Source: a virus (taxonomy: Duplodnaviria; Caudoviricetes). From it: a stretch of 64,000 nucleotides of DNA. The translations under genes were made by a program, and so were the position numbers. The stretch covers positions 36,780 through 100,779 of the IMG/VR virus record IMGVR_UViG_2558860226_000001. One strand, written 5' to 3'. The notes under the pieces were generated by a model, which was given only the letters and a program-made list of their open reading frames with translations, was not told the DNA's origin and ran no database searches. Shown here one piece after another: positions 28,266-38,244 of the stretch (position 1 is its first letter; the number at the start of each line of letters is the position of its first letter).

Positions 28266-28865
28266 ATGGCCAGCAGAGGCGTTAACAAAGTGATTCTTAT
28301 CGGCAATCTGGGTCAAGACCCGGAAGTTCGCTACATGCCGAACGGCGGTGCGGTCGCCAACCTGACTCTGGCCACGTCGGACAGCTGGCGCGACAAGCAG
28401 ACCGGCGAGCAGAAAGAGCGCACCGAGTGGCACCGCATTGCCCTTTACGGCAAGCTGGCGGAAATCGCTGGTGAGTACCTTCGCAAAGGCTCTCAGGTGT
28501 ATATCGAAGGCCAGTTGCGCACCCGCAAATGGCAGGATCAGAGCGGTCAGGATCGCTACACCACCGAAGTGGTGGTCGATATCTCCGGTAGTATGCAGAT
28601 GCTGGGTGGCCGCGCAGGCGGCGGTGCACCAGCCGGTGGCGGCATAGGCGGTAATATGGGTGGTGGTAACGCGCCACAAGGCGGTTGGGGTCAACCACAA
28701 CAACCGCAGCAAGCCAACCAGTTCAGCGGCGGCGGTCAGTCCCAGTCCCGCCCGCAGCAAAGCGCGCCGATGCCAGGCAACGAACCGCCGATGGATTTTG
28801 ACGACGATATTCCGTTCGCGCCTATCGGATTGCAATTTAATAAACATTCCATTCACTCAATTTAA
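28266..28865 (+). CDS. ssb: Single-stranded DNA-binding protein with C-terminal extension
   Basis: [20 protein letters not shown]; DFDDDIPF followed by 15 extra residues. Confidence 0.95.
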   Translation: MASRGVNKVILIGNLGQDPEVRYMPNGGAVANLTLATSDSWRDKQTGEQKERTEWHRIALYGKLAEIAGEYLRKGSQVYIEGQLRTRKWQDQSGQDRYTTEVVVDISGSMQMLGGRAGGGAPAGGGIGGNMGGGNAPQGGWGQPQQPQQANQFSGGGQSQSRPQQSAPMPGNEPPMDFDDDIPFAPIGLQFNKHSIHSI

Positions 28866-28991
28866 ATAAAATTGACGCAGAACACTGAACCACTCCGTGG
28901 GATTTGTGCCGCATAAAATTAAGGAAATTCATTACCTATCAATTTTCTGTTAATTCTGGAATTGGTTATTCATAACGCATGGTGGAATAAA

Positions 28992-29567
28992 TTGAACAAC
29001 ATAATGATTGACCTCGAAACGATGGGGACTAATCCTCATTCACCCATCGTCGCTATTGGCGCTGTATTCTTCAATCCGGTTACAGGTGAGCTGGGGAAGA
29101 CATTCTATCGAACCGTAGACCTTGAAAGTTCCATGAAACTTGGCCTTACCCCTACTGCCAACACTATTAAGTGGTGGATGAATCAAGATAAGAAAGTTGT
29201 TGAGGAAGTTATTAAGGCAAAATCAAGCATTACTGATGCTCTTACGGCATTATCTCAGTTTGCAGTTTTTGCGTATTCACCTGCAGCTAATTACGGTGGT
29301 AGTCTATTAAAGATTTGGGGTAATGGTTCAGCTTTCGATAACGTTATTCTCCGCGAATCATACAAAGCATGTCATTTGACCCCGTTCTGGGAATTCTGGA
29401 ACGACATGGATGTGAGAACGATTGTCGATATGGGGCGATGTGTTGGCTTCGACCCTAAACGCGATATACCATTTGATGGTGACAGACATAACGCTCTAGC
29501 TGATGCGGTACATCAGGCAAAATACGTTTCAGCGATTTATAAAAAATTATTAAATAAACCCAATTAG
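28992..29567 (+). CDS. DEDDh 3'-5' exonuclease
   Basis: MIDLETMG, WGNGSAFD, HNALADA. Confidence 0.85.
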   Translation: MNNIMIDLETMGTNPHSPIVAIGAVFFNPVTGELGKTFYRTVDLESSMKLGLTPTANTIKWWMNQDKKVVEEVIKAKSSITDALTALSQFAVFAYSPAANYGGSLLKIWGNGSAFDNVILRESYKACHLTPFWEFWNDMDVRTIVDMGRCVGFDPKRDIPFDGDRHNALADAVHQAKYVSAIYKKLLNKPN

Positions 29568-29597
29568 ATTTACGCGCAAAGAATACGCCAAATTAAC

Positions 29598-29867
29598 TTG
29601 GCGTATTATCTATGCAAAAAACAAATGGTGAACATAATGATGCTGGAATATCAACTGGATAAAAAAAATAAGTCAGAAGCTATTAAAAAAATACAACTTG
29701 GGTTTGGCGGAGAGTTAAAGAAAGAATCAAACTATGATCGATGGTTAAAAATGATTGTGTATAGGACGTCATTTCACCCACTACCAAAACAAGATAATAA
29801 ATTCTTCATTCAAGATTCATTCGGTAAATATCGCGGATACGGTCAAGGCCGCGTCATGGGCGACTAA
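29598..29867 (+). CDS. Hypothetical protein
   Basis: ORF only; start uncertain. Confidence 0.4.
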   Translation: MAYYLCKKQMVNIMMLEYQLDKKNKSEAIKKIQLGFGGELKKESNYDRWLKMIVYRTSFHPLPKQDNKFFIQDSFGKYRGYGQGRVMGD

Positions 29868-29880
29868 TCAGGAATAAATC

Positions 29881-30069
29881 ATGAACACAGCATATACTAC
29901 AGCTGCAAATAAAGCAGTTGCGCACGAACGCGCATATGAATTTCATAACGCAGGAATGATGTGGTTAGCTGCACAGCGCTATGCTTCTGGTAAAAATATC
30001 GAACACTGCGAATTACGTGCTGAATTTTGTCAGAAATTTGGTAAATATCTGGAGAGAGACAATGACTGA
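29881..30069 (+). CDS. ANR-family-like small phage protein
   Basis: AVAHER...W..A...N..HC..RAEFC. Confidence 0.6.
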   Translation: MNTAYTTAANKAVAHERAYEFHNAGMMWLAAQRYASGKNIEHCELRAEFCQKFGKYLERDND

Positions 30070-30253
30070 GATAATTGATCAGGCAAATGAATTAGTTGAA
30101 ATGACAATTCAGCACGCTATTAATAGCCGACCTGCTCCGTTGCCATTTACTGGTAAATGCCGTAATTGTGACGAGAAGATATCAGTAGGTTCATTCTGTG
30201 ATGCAGACTGTAGAAATGATTTTGAGCTCAGGAGAAAAAATGAACGCAAATAA
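30062..30253 (+). CDS. DksA/TraR-like C4 zinc-finger protein
   Basis: IIDQANE, CRNC...FCDADCRND. Confidence 0.7.
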   Translation: MTEIIDQANELVEMTIQHAINSRPAPLPFTGKCRNCDEKISVGSFCDADCRNDFELRRKNERK

Positions 30254-31223
30254 TGAAACTGCCTGCCTGATAGAAAAAATAAAATCTCATCTCGAAATAC
30301 AAGATGACTCGATAAAAAACGGAAAAATAGCAAACTGGCAATACATGTATCAGAGATATACAGCACCAGTAGTATTGCATCAGATTATTGAATACATAGA
30401 ATCGGTTGAGAGCCAGCTGACAGCTCTGCGTCAGGCGCAGCAAGAGCCGGTTGCGTACATGTGCGATGATGACGCTGGACGAGAATACAACGGACACAAT
30501 CAATTTTCATGTGGTCGCCGAGGCATTCCTCTATACATCCACCCCACCGCAGTTCCCTCGGTTAACGAACAAGAGCCTGCGGCTTTCCGGTGGCGTCACC
30601 GGGCGGATGGTGAGTTTCCGGCTAGTAAATGGGAATACCTACCGGCAGACCTCGCTGACCGCTTCATCGAGCGCGTAGTCAGCAAAGACAGGGATGTAGA
30701 GTGCGAATATGTATACACCGCCCCCGTCATCACGGATAGCGCTCCAATCATCACGGATAGTGAGCGCCAGTCGGCGATTGCCGCGCTATTGGCGCACCCG
30801 GATAGCTATTTTGGTGAGATGGCGTGTCGCCAGATTGCCGATTGCCTGCGCCAGCTCGAAACCGCTGAGGGTCAGCGAGCTGGCGCTTTTATCGCGTGTA
30901 ACCGCTGGCACGATATGTTCCGAGAGGCAGAGAAACAACTGGCGGAGTTGCAGGGTATTCCCACCCCGCCAGCACCAGCTGTGCCGGATGAGTTGAAGGA
31001 ACTTGCCGACAACATCAATGAGCGACTGCGGAATGGCGGGTTGAGCGGAAGAGAAACGGAAAAACTCGAATATGCGTGGGCCTTAGTAGAGACAGCAAGG
31101 GCGGACAGGGACAACGCCTGCCGCGCCGCAATGATCAAACAGTCAACCAACACTTGTCAGTTGTCCGGTAATTCCGAACAGCTGGGCAATGCTGGCATTA
31201 AAAGCAATGTCGAGGGGGAATAA
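30240..31223 (+). CDS. Mosaic Ead/Eaa-like early protein
   Basis: QEPVAY, PAPAVPDE and NACRAAM linkers. Confidence 0.6.
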   Translation: MNANNETACLIEKIKSHLEIQDDSIKNGKIANWQYMYQRYTAPVVLHQIIEYIESVESQLTALRQAQQEPVAYMCDDDAGREYNGHNQFSCGRRGIPLYIHPTAVPSVNEQEPAAFRWRHRADGEFPASKWEYLPADLADRFIERVVSKDRDVECEYVYTAPVITDSAPIITDSERQSAIAALLAHPDSYFGEMACRQIADCLRQLETAEGQRAGAFIACNRWHDMFREAEKQLAELQGIPTPPAPAVPDELKELADNINERLRNGGLSGRETEKLEYAWALVETARADRDNACRAAMIKQSTNTCQLSGNSEQLGNAGIKSNVEGE

Positions 31224-31564
31224 TGCGACTTAGTAAGAGGGAGATTGAGTACATAAAGCCCGCCTTTCTTTACTCTTGGCAAATTTACGTTAGCGCATAC
31301 AGAAAAACAGCATTGTGGGATGACGACCCGCTAGTGCCTGTAAAAGTTGGTGCTGTAGCGGACGGGCTGATACGGAAAGGGGTTCTGGAGCTAGTGCATA
31401 TGGGATATAGCCGCTCTGTTATTCGCCTCTCGAAACTAGGTGAAACATTCCGTTGCCCTAAATGCGTTAATGGCCGCACTTTTGAAGGTTCCGAGAATCC
31501 AGACGAGACGGTGGAATGTAAACATTGCGTCTCTGGAATCAGAATTGATAACGGAAAAAATTAA
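31223..31564 (+). CDS. Hypothetical zinc-ribbon protein
   Basis: CPKC and CKHC pair. Confidence 0.55.
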   Translation: MRLSKREIEYIKPAFLYSWQIYVSAYRKTALWDDDPLVPVKVGAVADGLIRKGVLELVHMGYSRSVIRLSKLGETFRCPKCVNGRTFEGSENPDETVECKHCVSGIRIDNGKN

Positions 31565-31565
31565 T

Positions 31566-32519
31566 ATGAAAGATAAAGACATTCAATCCCGCATCGACGC
31601 GGCTGTCGAGCTGCTGAAACAAGCGGCCCCGCAAATGCTGGCGGTAAAAGGCCCGGATGGTGCGCTTGTTGGGCCATTGAAAGCTACCGAACAACTGAGT
31701 GCTGCTGAACCTGTAAATAAACGTGATGAGTTCCCCGCCATTCTGCCCTGCGACGTTGAATTAAAGCCGGGACTGAGAATTGGGAAGGGTTGCCCAATCA
31801 GCACTCTGCACTTGGCCTTAAAGCGTCGCGCTGAATATCTCGCCATGCGAGAGTATATAAAACCCGCTGAACACGAAGCCGGGGTTGCAGCAATGCGCAA
31901 TTTCATCCGTGATTGCGCTCCTACCACCGGCAAACCGTTGAAAGACCTTGAGCCTGACGAAATCGTTGAGCTATTCGGGCGCAAATTCCGAGTGGATTGC
32001 AGACACGACTACCACGGTAGGGGGGAAACCCGTTTCGACTTTCGGCGAGCAGAGGATGGGCTATCCCCTATCTGTGTAACGATTGGCATCGACAACGACC
32101 TCGGCCTTGTGGTCAGCAACCATCCGGGATTACCGGATGGTTGGAAGATTGTTCCTGTTGAGCCGACCGAGGCTATGTTGCTCGTTCTCGGAATGAGTGG
32201 CTCGCTTGAGTCGATGATAGCTAGGTATCACAAGATGCTCGCCGCCGCTCCCCTGCCTGACCATTCCGCCAAAAAGGTTGGCGCCGATCAATTTCCTGAC
32301 TTCACGAAAATGGGCAACGGTCTGCTTCCGTGTCCATTTTGCGGAAGCGGTGACGTAGAAGCATTTGCACAAGATAAAGATGATTGCCCGAATATGTCGG
32401 CTATCGTTCGTTGCCATAACTGCAATGCTCAGTCAGCGCAGATGGTCGGAAAAAACAAAATTAGTATGGCATCAAATTCGTGGAATCGGCGCGCATCGGA
32501 GGTGAATCGTGGAAAATAA
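31566..32519 (+). CDS. Eaa-like mosaic protein with C-terminal Lar-like (restriction alleviation) domain
   Basis: PDGWKIVPVEPTEAM; LLPCPFCGS...CHNC...WNRRA. Confidence 0.7.
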   Translation: MKDKDIQSRIDAAVELLKQAAPQMLAVKGPDGALVGPLKATEQLSAAEPVNKRDEFPAILPCDVELKPGLRIGKGCPISTLHLALKRRAEYLAMREYIKPAEHEAGVAAMRNFIRDCAPTTGKPLKDLEPDEIVELFGRKFRVDCRHDYHGRGETRFDFRRAEDGLSPICVTIGIDNDLGLVVSNHPGLPDGWKIVPVEPTEAMLLVLGMSGSLESMIARYHKMLAAAPLPDHSAKKVGADQFPDFTKMGNGLLPCPFCGSGDVEAFAQDKDDCPNMSAIVRCHNCNAQSAQMVGKNKISMASNSWNRRASEVNRGK

Positions 32520-34028
32520 AATGTCTGCTGGGCGCGCTGATCAATATCGTGCAGAGGCACTAGCAGTGAGAAAAGCGTTAGGGTTTTCGCCAGATGCCGA
32601 AGATGTTTCGCCGTCTGATTTGGTCGCCGTTATCAATAATCTGCGCATTAACGCGACATGGACTGACGAGCAATGCGTTGAATTCTTATCCGTTGCGTTC
32701 AGGCATTGCGAAATTAAAGGTGATGTTGTCTTTGATGAAATCAGGCAGGGAGTTCAGTTTGCACTCGCCGCCGCTCCTCAGCCCGATCAATTGCGTGACA
32801 ATGTTCCTGACGCCACGAAAATGGTTCCAGTTGACACACCGGCAAAAGACCTAATTGAACGATGCAAGCAAGTAGTTGATAACGCCGTGCAAAATAGTGG
32901 GCTGACATACGGCATGTCACGCATTGCGGACTATCACCACGTCGCATTATCAGCACTAAATTCCAGCGGTATCGCTAATACTACCGAAATCAGTACAGAC
33001 GATTCCGAGCACCTGCTCGAATTGGTCGAAATACCAGTTGAGCGTGACGGAAACGGATATTGGTCGCACCATGTGTGGAGTGCGCTTTTCGGCGATCGCG
33101 AGGGTATGCCGCTAGATGAACTGAAAGCCACGCTGGCAGCAAAAAATCTCGAATGCACGTATGTCGAGCTGGAGTTAGATCACTCGGCTAAAGCGGAAGC
33201 CGTGGCATATCACTACTTTGAGAATGGCGACACAGACATCAGCGAATGGAACCCGATGCGCCCAGAAGGGGATGGATGGTTCATCGTGTCAATCCACGAA
33301 ACTGATGAAGGACCAGTGTGCTACTGGGTTCGCCCGATTCCACAGAGCGAAGGGGGTGAAGCGTGAGTGATGAATTCCTTCGCCGCATTAACCAACTGGA
33401 AGATGAATTAGGAAACTGCACCACCACGGAGGTTGAGCTGGTCTCATACGTAAAGAACCGTGAAACGGGAACCTCTGAGGCTCGCTATTACGTGAGGCAT
33501 AGCAATCAGACAACAGTTCTTGAGCAGGGATTAGTTATTAGCCGCGATCAGTTCGGTTACTACAAAGCCGATCTGGTAATAACCGACTTTCCTAAGTTGG
33601 GGTCAGCAGAAGAGGCAGCGTTAAAACTGGCTGCATGGCTCAAACGAATGGGTGAGGCCATTGAGTCCAGTTTTAATAGAGAAGGGGGTGAAGCGTGAGC
33701 TATGTATTTCTGATTTTTGTAATCAGCTCTGCTTGTAATTAGCCGCCTAGTGCGGCTTTTTATTGATATAGAGGTCATCATGAAATCAGCAGACGACTGG
33801 CTTAATGAGTGCATTGAGTCAGAGCACGGTATTTTCAAAAAACGCAAAGATGCGCTGGATTTATCGATTGGGCGGGAAAACTTTATTCGACACATTTTCC
33901 GCAGCATTCAGTCAACAGTAGAGGTGTGTGTGCCACAGCCAATTTTAAACGAATCTGCGCATTCGTATCGAAAGCGGGTAATCGATGAAATACATCGGGC
34001 TGGCGGAACTGTTGCGACACTTAAATAA
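32509..34028 (+). CDS. Early accessory ORFs 32509-33366, 33363-33698, 33780-34028
   Basis: Co-oriented ORFs with SD sites, no firm family. Confidence 0.55.
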
Positions 34029-34039
34029 GGGGATATGAA

Positions 34040-34384
34040 TTGAATGACGAGGTTTTGACACTAAAAGAGGTCTCCACACTATTGAAAGTCCACCCCGAAA
34101 CAATAAAGTCACTCGTACAGCGCGGCATCCTCCCGGCAACTGACATCGGCACCGGGCAACGTCATAAATACCGGTTCGTAAAATCAGCGTGTCTTGAAGC
34201 GATGTCAAAACCGATCAACACTGTCGCCGTGAATGCGGGTGACATGACCGAGAAAAAACCATGTCAATCAAACAACGGAACGGTGTCTGGCACTGTGATT
34301 TCACTACGCCGGACGGTAAGCGAGTTAGACAGTCTCTTGGCACGGAAGACAAGCGAGAGGCGCAGGAACTCCACGACAAGCTGA
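34040..34384 (+). CDS. Excisionase-like HTH protein
   Basis: LTLKEVSTLLKVHPETI HTH; overlaps int start. Confidence 0.8.
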   Translation: MNDEVLTLKEVSTLLKVHPETIKSLVQRGILPATDIGTGQRHKYRFVKSACLEAMSKPINTVAVNAGDMTEKKPCQSNNGTVSGTVISLRRTVSELDSLLARKTSERRRNSTTS

Positions 34385-35424
34385 AAGCCGATTCGTGGCG
34401 GTCTGCAAAGCTGGGTGAAGCGCCGGTAAAGCTGTTCGATGAGGCGTGCATTCGGTGGCTGCGCGAGAAATCGCACAAGCGTTCACTGGATGCAGACAAG
34501 TCGAAGATAACGTTTTTTCTCGATCACTTTCACGGACGGGAGTTATCTACGATAACGAATGATCACATTCAGGTGGCGATATCCAAGGCGTACGATAGAA
34601 AGCACAGGGAGCGCTGGGAAGAAATGCGGGACAGGTTGAAGCGAGAAGGGAAATCAGTTCCAGCGTACAGTCCAAAGCCGATATCTGAATCGACCAAGTA
34701 TTCGTTTCAGGCCTTCATGCGTGCTCTGCTACGGATAGCGGCCAACGAATGGGGATGGCTTAACTCGGTGCCAGTGGTGAAAGCGCGGCAGCCGAGAAAC
34801 AAGCGGATACGTTGGCTTACGCATGACGAGGCACGGCAGTTGATCGACTGCCTTCCAGACCATTTGAAATCGGTTGTTACTTTCGCACTGGCAACCGGGT
34901 TGAGGCGGTCTAACATCCTAGATCTTGAGTGGTCACAGGTGGACATGCAGAGAAAGATGGCATGGATTCATCCAGAAAATGCAAAAGGAGGAAAGGCGAT
35001 CGGCGTCGCGTTGAACGATACGGCGTGCGGAGTATTGAGGGGGCAGATCGGAAAGCATCACCGTTGGGTATTCGTTCATGAAATATCAACGACAAAGCCT
35101 AATGGTGAAAAAACGCCAGAAATACGAAAGTTAAGAGTTGACGGAAATAAGGCTTGGAATGCTGCCTTAAAAAGGGCCGGAATTGAAAACTTTCGCTTCC
35201 ACGATTTGCGTCATACGTGGGCGAGCTGGTTAGTTCAATCCGGCGTACCTTTATCTGCATTACAAGAAATGGGCGGCTGGGAGTCGATAGAAATGGTACG
35301 CAGATATGCACATCTGTCGCCAAATCATTTAACTCAACACGCCAAACAAATAGACAGCATTTTTGCCAAGAATGGCAAAAATACGGCACAAGGGATAATC
35401 GGGGAAATAAAGAATGCGATGTAA
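34261..35424 (+). CDS. int: Prophage tyrosine integrase
   Basis: TGLRRSN, FHDLRHTWASW, MGGW, RRYAH. Confidence 0.96.
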   Translation: MSIKQRNGVWHCDFTTPDGKRVRQSLGTEDKREAQELHDKLKADSWRSAKLGEAPVKLFDEACIRWLREKSHKRSLDADKSKITFFLDHFHGRELSTITNDHIQVAISKAYDRKHRERWEEMRDRLKREGKSVPAYSPKPISESTKYSFQAFMRALLRIAANEWGWLNSVPVVKARQPRNKRIRWLTHDEARQLIDCLPDHLKSVVTFALATGLRRSNILDLEWSQVDMQRKMAWIHPENAKGGKAIGVALNDTACGVLRGQIGKHHRWVFVHEISTTKPNGEKTPEIRKLRVDGNKAWNAALKRAGIENFRFHDLRHTWASWLVQSGVPLSALQEMGGWESIEMVRRYAHLSPNHLTQHAKQIDSIFAKNGKNTAQGIIGEIKNAM

Positions 35425-35441
35425 ACGATTAAAAGAAGTGT

Positions 35442-35517
<76 letters not shown>

Positions 35518-35841
35518 AACGGGACGGATTATTCTCTTCTTAACGTCATCTGTCAAACAGTTCATTTTATTTTTTCAGAAGTCAGAGTATTCCTCAAACA
35601 TCTTGTAACCTATCACGATTTTCCCTTCTGGCCTCAACAAGATACCTATGGTTAATATTAGGACATATTCATCTTCTGACGGAAACGTTTGCTCCTGACT
35701 GACTGGAGAGGCGCTGCAACGCATCATCAGATGAATACCGTGTTACTATTAAACACTGTGACTTTTTTATATCTCACGGGTGGCAGGAACAGCAAACCTG
35801 TCAAACCCCACTATGACAGACACAATCCGGAATAATATTAC

Positions 35842-37251
35842 ATGACAGAACAAACGCATCATGCCCCAGGCACAACAGGGCACAGCGACCTACGGCGCAA
35901 TCTGACCAATCGCCATATTCAGTTGATCGCCATCGGTGGCGCCATTGGTACAGGCTTGTTTATGGGGTCGGGAAAAACCATCAGCCTTGCTGGCCCATCA
36001 ATTATCTTTGTTTACATGATAATCGGGTTCATGCTGTTTTTTGTCATGCGCGCCATGGGGGAATTGTTACTTTCCGATCTCAATTACAAATCGTTCAGTG
36101 ACTTCGCCGCCGACCTGCTAGGACCATGGGCAGGCTTTTTTACCGGTTGGACTTACTGGTTTTGCTGGGTTGTAACAGGTATTGCCGATGTTGTCGCCAT
36201 CAGTGCTTACGCACAGTTCTGGTTCCCTGAGCTGTCGCAATGGCTCAGTTCTCTGCTATGCGTTCTGCTACTTTTGACCTTAAATCTGGCTACCGTCAAG
36301 CTGTTTGGCGAAATGGAATTTTGGTTCGCCATGATCAAAATTGTTGCTATCGTCACGCTGATCATCATTGGCGTTGGGCTGGTCATCATGAACTTTACCT
36401 CACCATCCGGTGCCGTGGCATCCGTGACCAACCTGTGGCAGGACGGTGGACTTTTTCCGAAAGGACTCAGCGGTTTTTTCGCTGGTTTTCAAATCGCTGT
36501 GTTTGCATTTGTCGGCATTGAACTGGTCGGTACTACAGCTGCGGAAACTAAAAATCCGACAGTGGTTTTGCCACGAGCAATCAACGCTATACCGATACGT
36601 ATTATTATGTTTTATGTATTTGCGTTGATGATGATTATGTCGGTTACTCCATGGAGCCATATTGCAGCAGACCGCAGCCCGTTTGTTGAGATGTTTGTAT
36701 TAGTAGGTTTTCCGGCCGCAGCCAGCGTCATTAACTTCGTAGTACTCACATCAGCAGCATCTTCAGCTAATAGCGGCGTGTTCTCGACTAGCCGTATGTT
36801 ATTTGGGCTAGCCAGACAAGGTGATGCACCAGCGCGTTTTGGCAAGCTATCAAAACGTGCGGTGCCCTCAGCAGGACTCCTTTTTTCGTGCCTGTGCCTG
36901 CTCTCAGGTGTTGTGCTGATCTACTTGATTCCGAATGTCATGACAGTTTTTACGCTGGTCACCACCGTATCTGCCATTCTTTTCATGTTCGTGTGGAGTA
37001 TTATCCTGTGCTCTTACCTGGTGTACCGCAAGCATCGGCCACAGTTGCACCAAGCATCTTCATATAAAATGCCATGGGGAATTATGATGAGCTGGGCCTG
37101 TCTGGCTTTCTTTGCTTTCGTGCTGATATTACTGACATTGCAACCAGATACGTTGCAGGCATTGATAGTCACACCTATGTGGTTTGTAGTTCTGGCGATC
37201 ACCTACTTCTTCATTCGCCGTGGTAGAGCCAACGCTGATTCTCAAGCGTAG
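35842..37251 (+). CDS. cycA: D-alanine/D-serine/glycine permease (APC family)
   Basis: LRRNLTNRHIQLIAIGGAIGTGLFMGSGKTISLAGPS; multiple TM helices. Confidence 0.9.
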   Translation: MTEQTHHAPGTTGHSDLRRNLTNRHIQLIAIGGAIGTGLFMGSGKTISLAGPSIIFVYMIIGFMLFFVMRAMGELLLSDLNYKSFSDFAADLLGPWAGFFTGWTYWFCWVVTGIADVVAISAYAQFWFPELSQWLSSLLCVLLLLTLNLATVKLFGEMEFWFAMIKIVAIVTLIIIGVGLVIMNFTSPSGAVASVTNLWQDGGLFPKGLSGFFAGFQIAVFAFVGIELVGTTAAETKNPTVVLPRAINAIPIRIIMFYVFALMMIMSVTPWSHIAADRSPFVEMFVLVGFPAAASVINFVVLTSAASSANSGVFSTSRMLFGLARQGDAPARFGKLSKRAVPSAGLLFSCLCLLSGVVLIYLIPNVMTVFTLVTTVSAILFMFVWSIILCSYLVYRKHRPQLHQASSYKMPWGIMMSWACLAFFAFVLILLTLQPDTLQALIVTPMWFVVLAITYFFIRRGRANADSQA

Positions 37252-37333
37252 CACTCAGTACCAGCGCCAATTTAAAACAGCGTCAGATCCAATACGGTCA
37301 GCTACACCTGATGACATAGCTGACCGTATCCGA

Positions 37334-37609
37334 TTAGACACTTACTGTTTGTCGTACACCATTCACTGCGTTTTTAGCCTGTTCGCACTGATTCAAAATA
37401 GTTTGTGCGTGCGAATACAGAATCTTGCCCGCTTCTGTCGGCGTCACGCCACGACGACTACGGACCAGCAGTTGCTTCTCCATTTCGCTTTCGAGCGTAG
37501 CAACTTGCTGGCTCAGCGCTGGTTGCGCAATATGCAACATTTCAGCAGCTTGGGTCAGGCTACCAATATCAACGATTTTCACAAAGTATTTGAGCCGTCT
37601 CAGATTCAT
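37334..37609 (-). CDS. nac: Nac-like LysR regulator, HTH domain only (91 aa)
   Basis: MNLRRLKYFVKIVDIGSLTQAAE.LHIAQPALSQQVATLE matches Nac N-terminus; next to tRNA-Asn. Confidence 0.8.
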   Translation of the reverse strand: MNLRRLKYFVKIVDIGSLTQAAEMLHIAQPALSQQVATLESEMEKQLLVRSRRGVTPTEAGKILYSHAQTILNQCEQAKNAVNGVRQTVSV

Positions 37610-37641
37610 GTGTACCTCCCGAATAGTTACAGCTAAGTAAC

Positions 37642-37657
37642 TGCAAGAAGCGCGCCA
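37642..37657 (-). promoter_or_regulatory. Sigma54 -24/-12 promoter of nac
   Basis: TGGCGC-N5-TTGCA. Confidence 0.8.
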
Positions 37658-37796
37658 GATTATTTTATTATTATCGAAAAAAATGCGGCGCCGTCTTAAC
37701 ATGCTTAAAAATAAGTAAAAGCAATGGCGATAGCAGCAACAGTAACAATGCTAATCCTCTCATCATAATTGATAGTATGTCAGCGCTGTCTCATGT

Positions 37797-37813
37797 TGCA
37801 CCAAACTGGTGCG
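37797..37813. promoter_or_regulatory. NtrC binding site
   Basis: TGCACCAAACTGGTGCG about 140 bp upstream of sigma54 promoter. Confidence 0.75.
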
Positions 37814-37989
37814 GTAATTGCTATCTGAAAGTGCACGCATTAGTCAATCACTCATCATCTGGCGCAAAAAACACCAACCACCTCAGTAATTTCAACAATT
37901 TGATTATAAGTTCATCAAACAGTTACACCTTGCGTCATCATGCTTTGACAAGTAATCAGGCTATCGCTATCATCCACACCACTAGCGAT

Positions 37990-38065
37990 TCCTCTGTAGT
38001 TCAGTCGGTAGAACGGCGGACTGTTAATCCGTATGTCACTGGTTCGAGTCCAGTCAGAGGAGCCA
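37990..38065 (+). tRNA. tRNA-Asn (GTT)
   Basis: TCCTCTGTAGTTCAGTCGGTAGAACGGCGGACTGTTAATCCG...GAGGAGCCA. Confidence 0.97.
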
Positions 38066-38066
38066 A
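38042..38066 (+). repeat. attL core
   Basis: GTTCGAGTCCAGTCAGAGGAGCCAA, identical to 63903-63927. Confidence 0.95.
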
Positions 38067-38074
38067 TTTAAAGA

Positions 38075-38104
38075 AAGCAGACGTTCACTGACGTCTGCTT
38101 TTTT
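38075..38104 (+). terminator. Terminator after tRNA-Asn
   Basis: AAAGCAGACGT-TCACTG-ACGTCTGCTTT-TTT. Confidence 0.75.
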
Positions 38105-38180
38105 GCTTTATATCAATTGGTTATCCCCTTCTTCAGGTTCGCCCTCGTTCACCAAAAAACGCTCGAAGCCATACCCTTTT

Positions 38181-38229
38181 GCTGGTAAAAATACTGGTAA
38201 AGCTGGTTCGATTTCGTTTTTACCAGCAA
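38181..38229. repeat. Integrase arm-type sites (left)
   Basis: Tandem CTGGTAAA repeats plus inverted TTTACCAGC; same motif at 63833-63856. Confidence 0.65.
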
Positions 38230-38244
38230 TCGGAGGGAACCGTC

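Larger units (their letters stand above)
1..35441. mobile_element. Lambdoid prophage with myovirus-type virion genes, integrated at 3' end of tRNA-Lys(CTT); left end outside window
   Basis: Continuous int-xis-recombination-N-cI-cro-cII-O-nin-Q-lysis-terminase-head-sheath gene order; integrase ends 17 bp from tRNA 3' end. Confidence 0.95.

Noticed and set aside
38179-38244. N-terminal extension of the island integrase
   Set aside because: It covers arm-type sites; GGAGG SD supports ATG at 38245.
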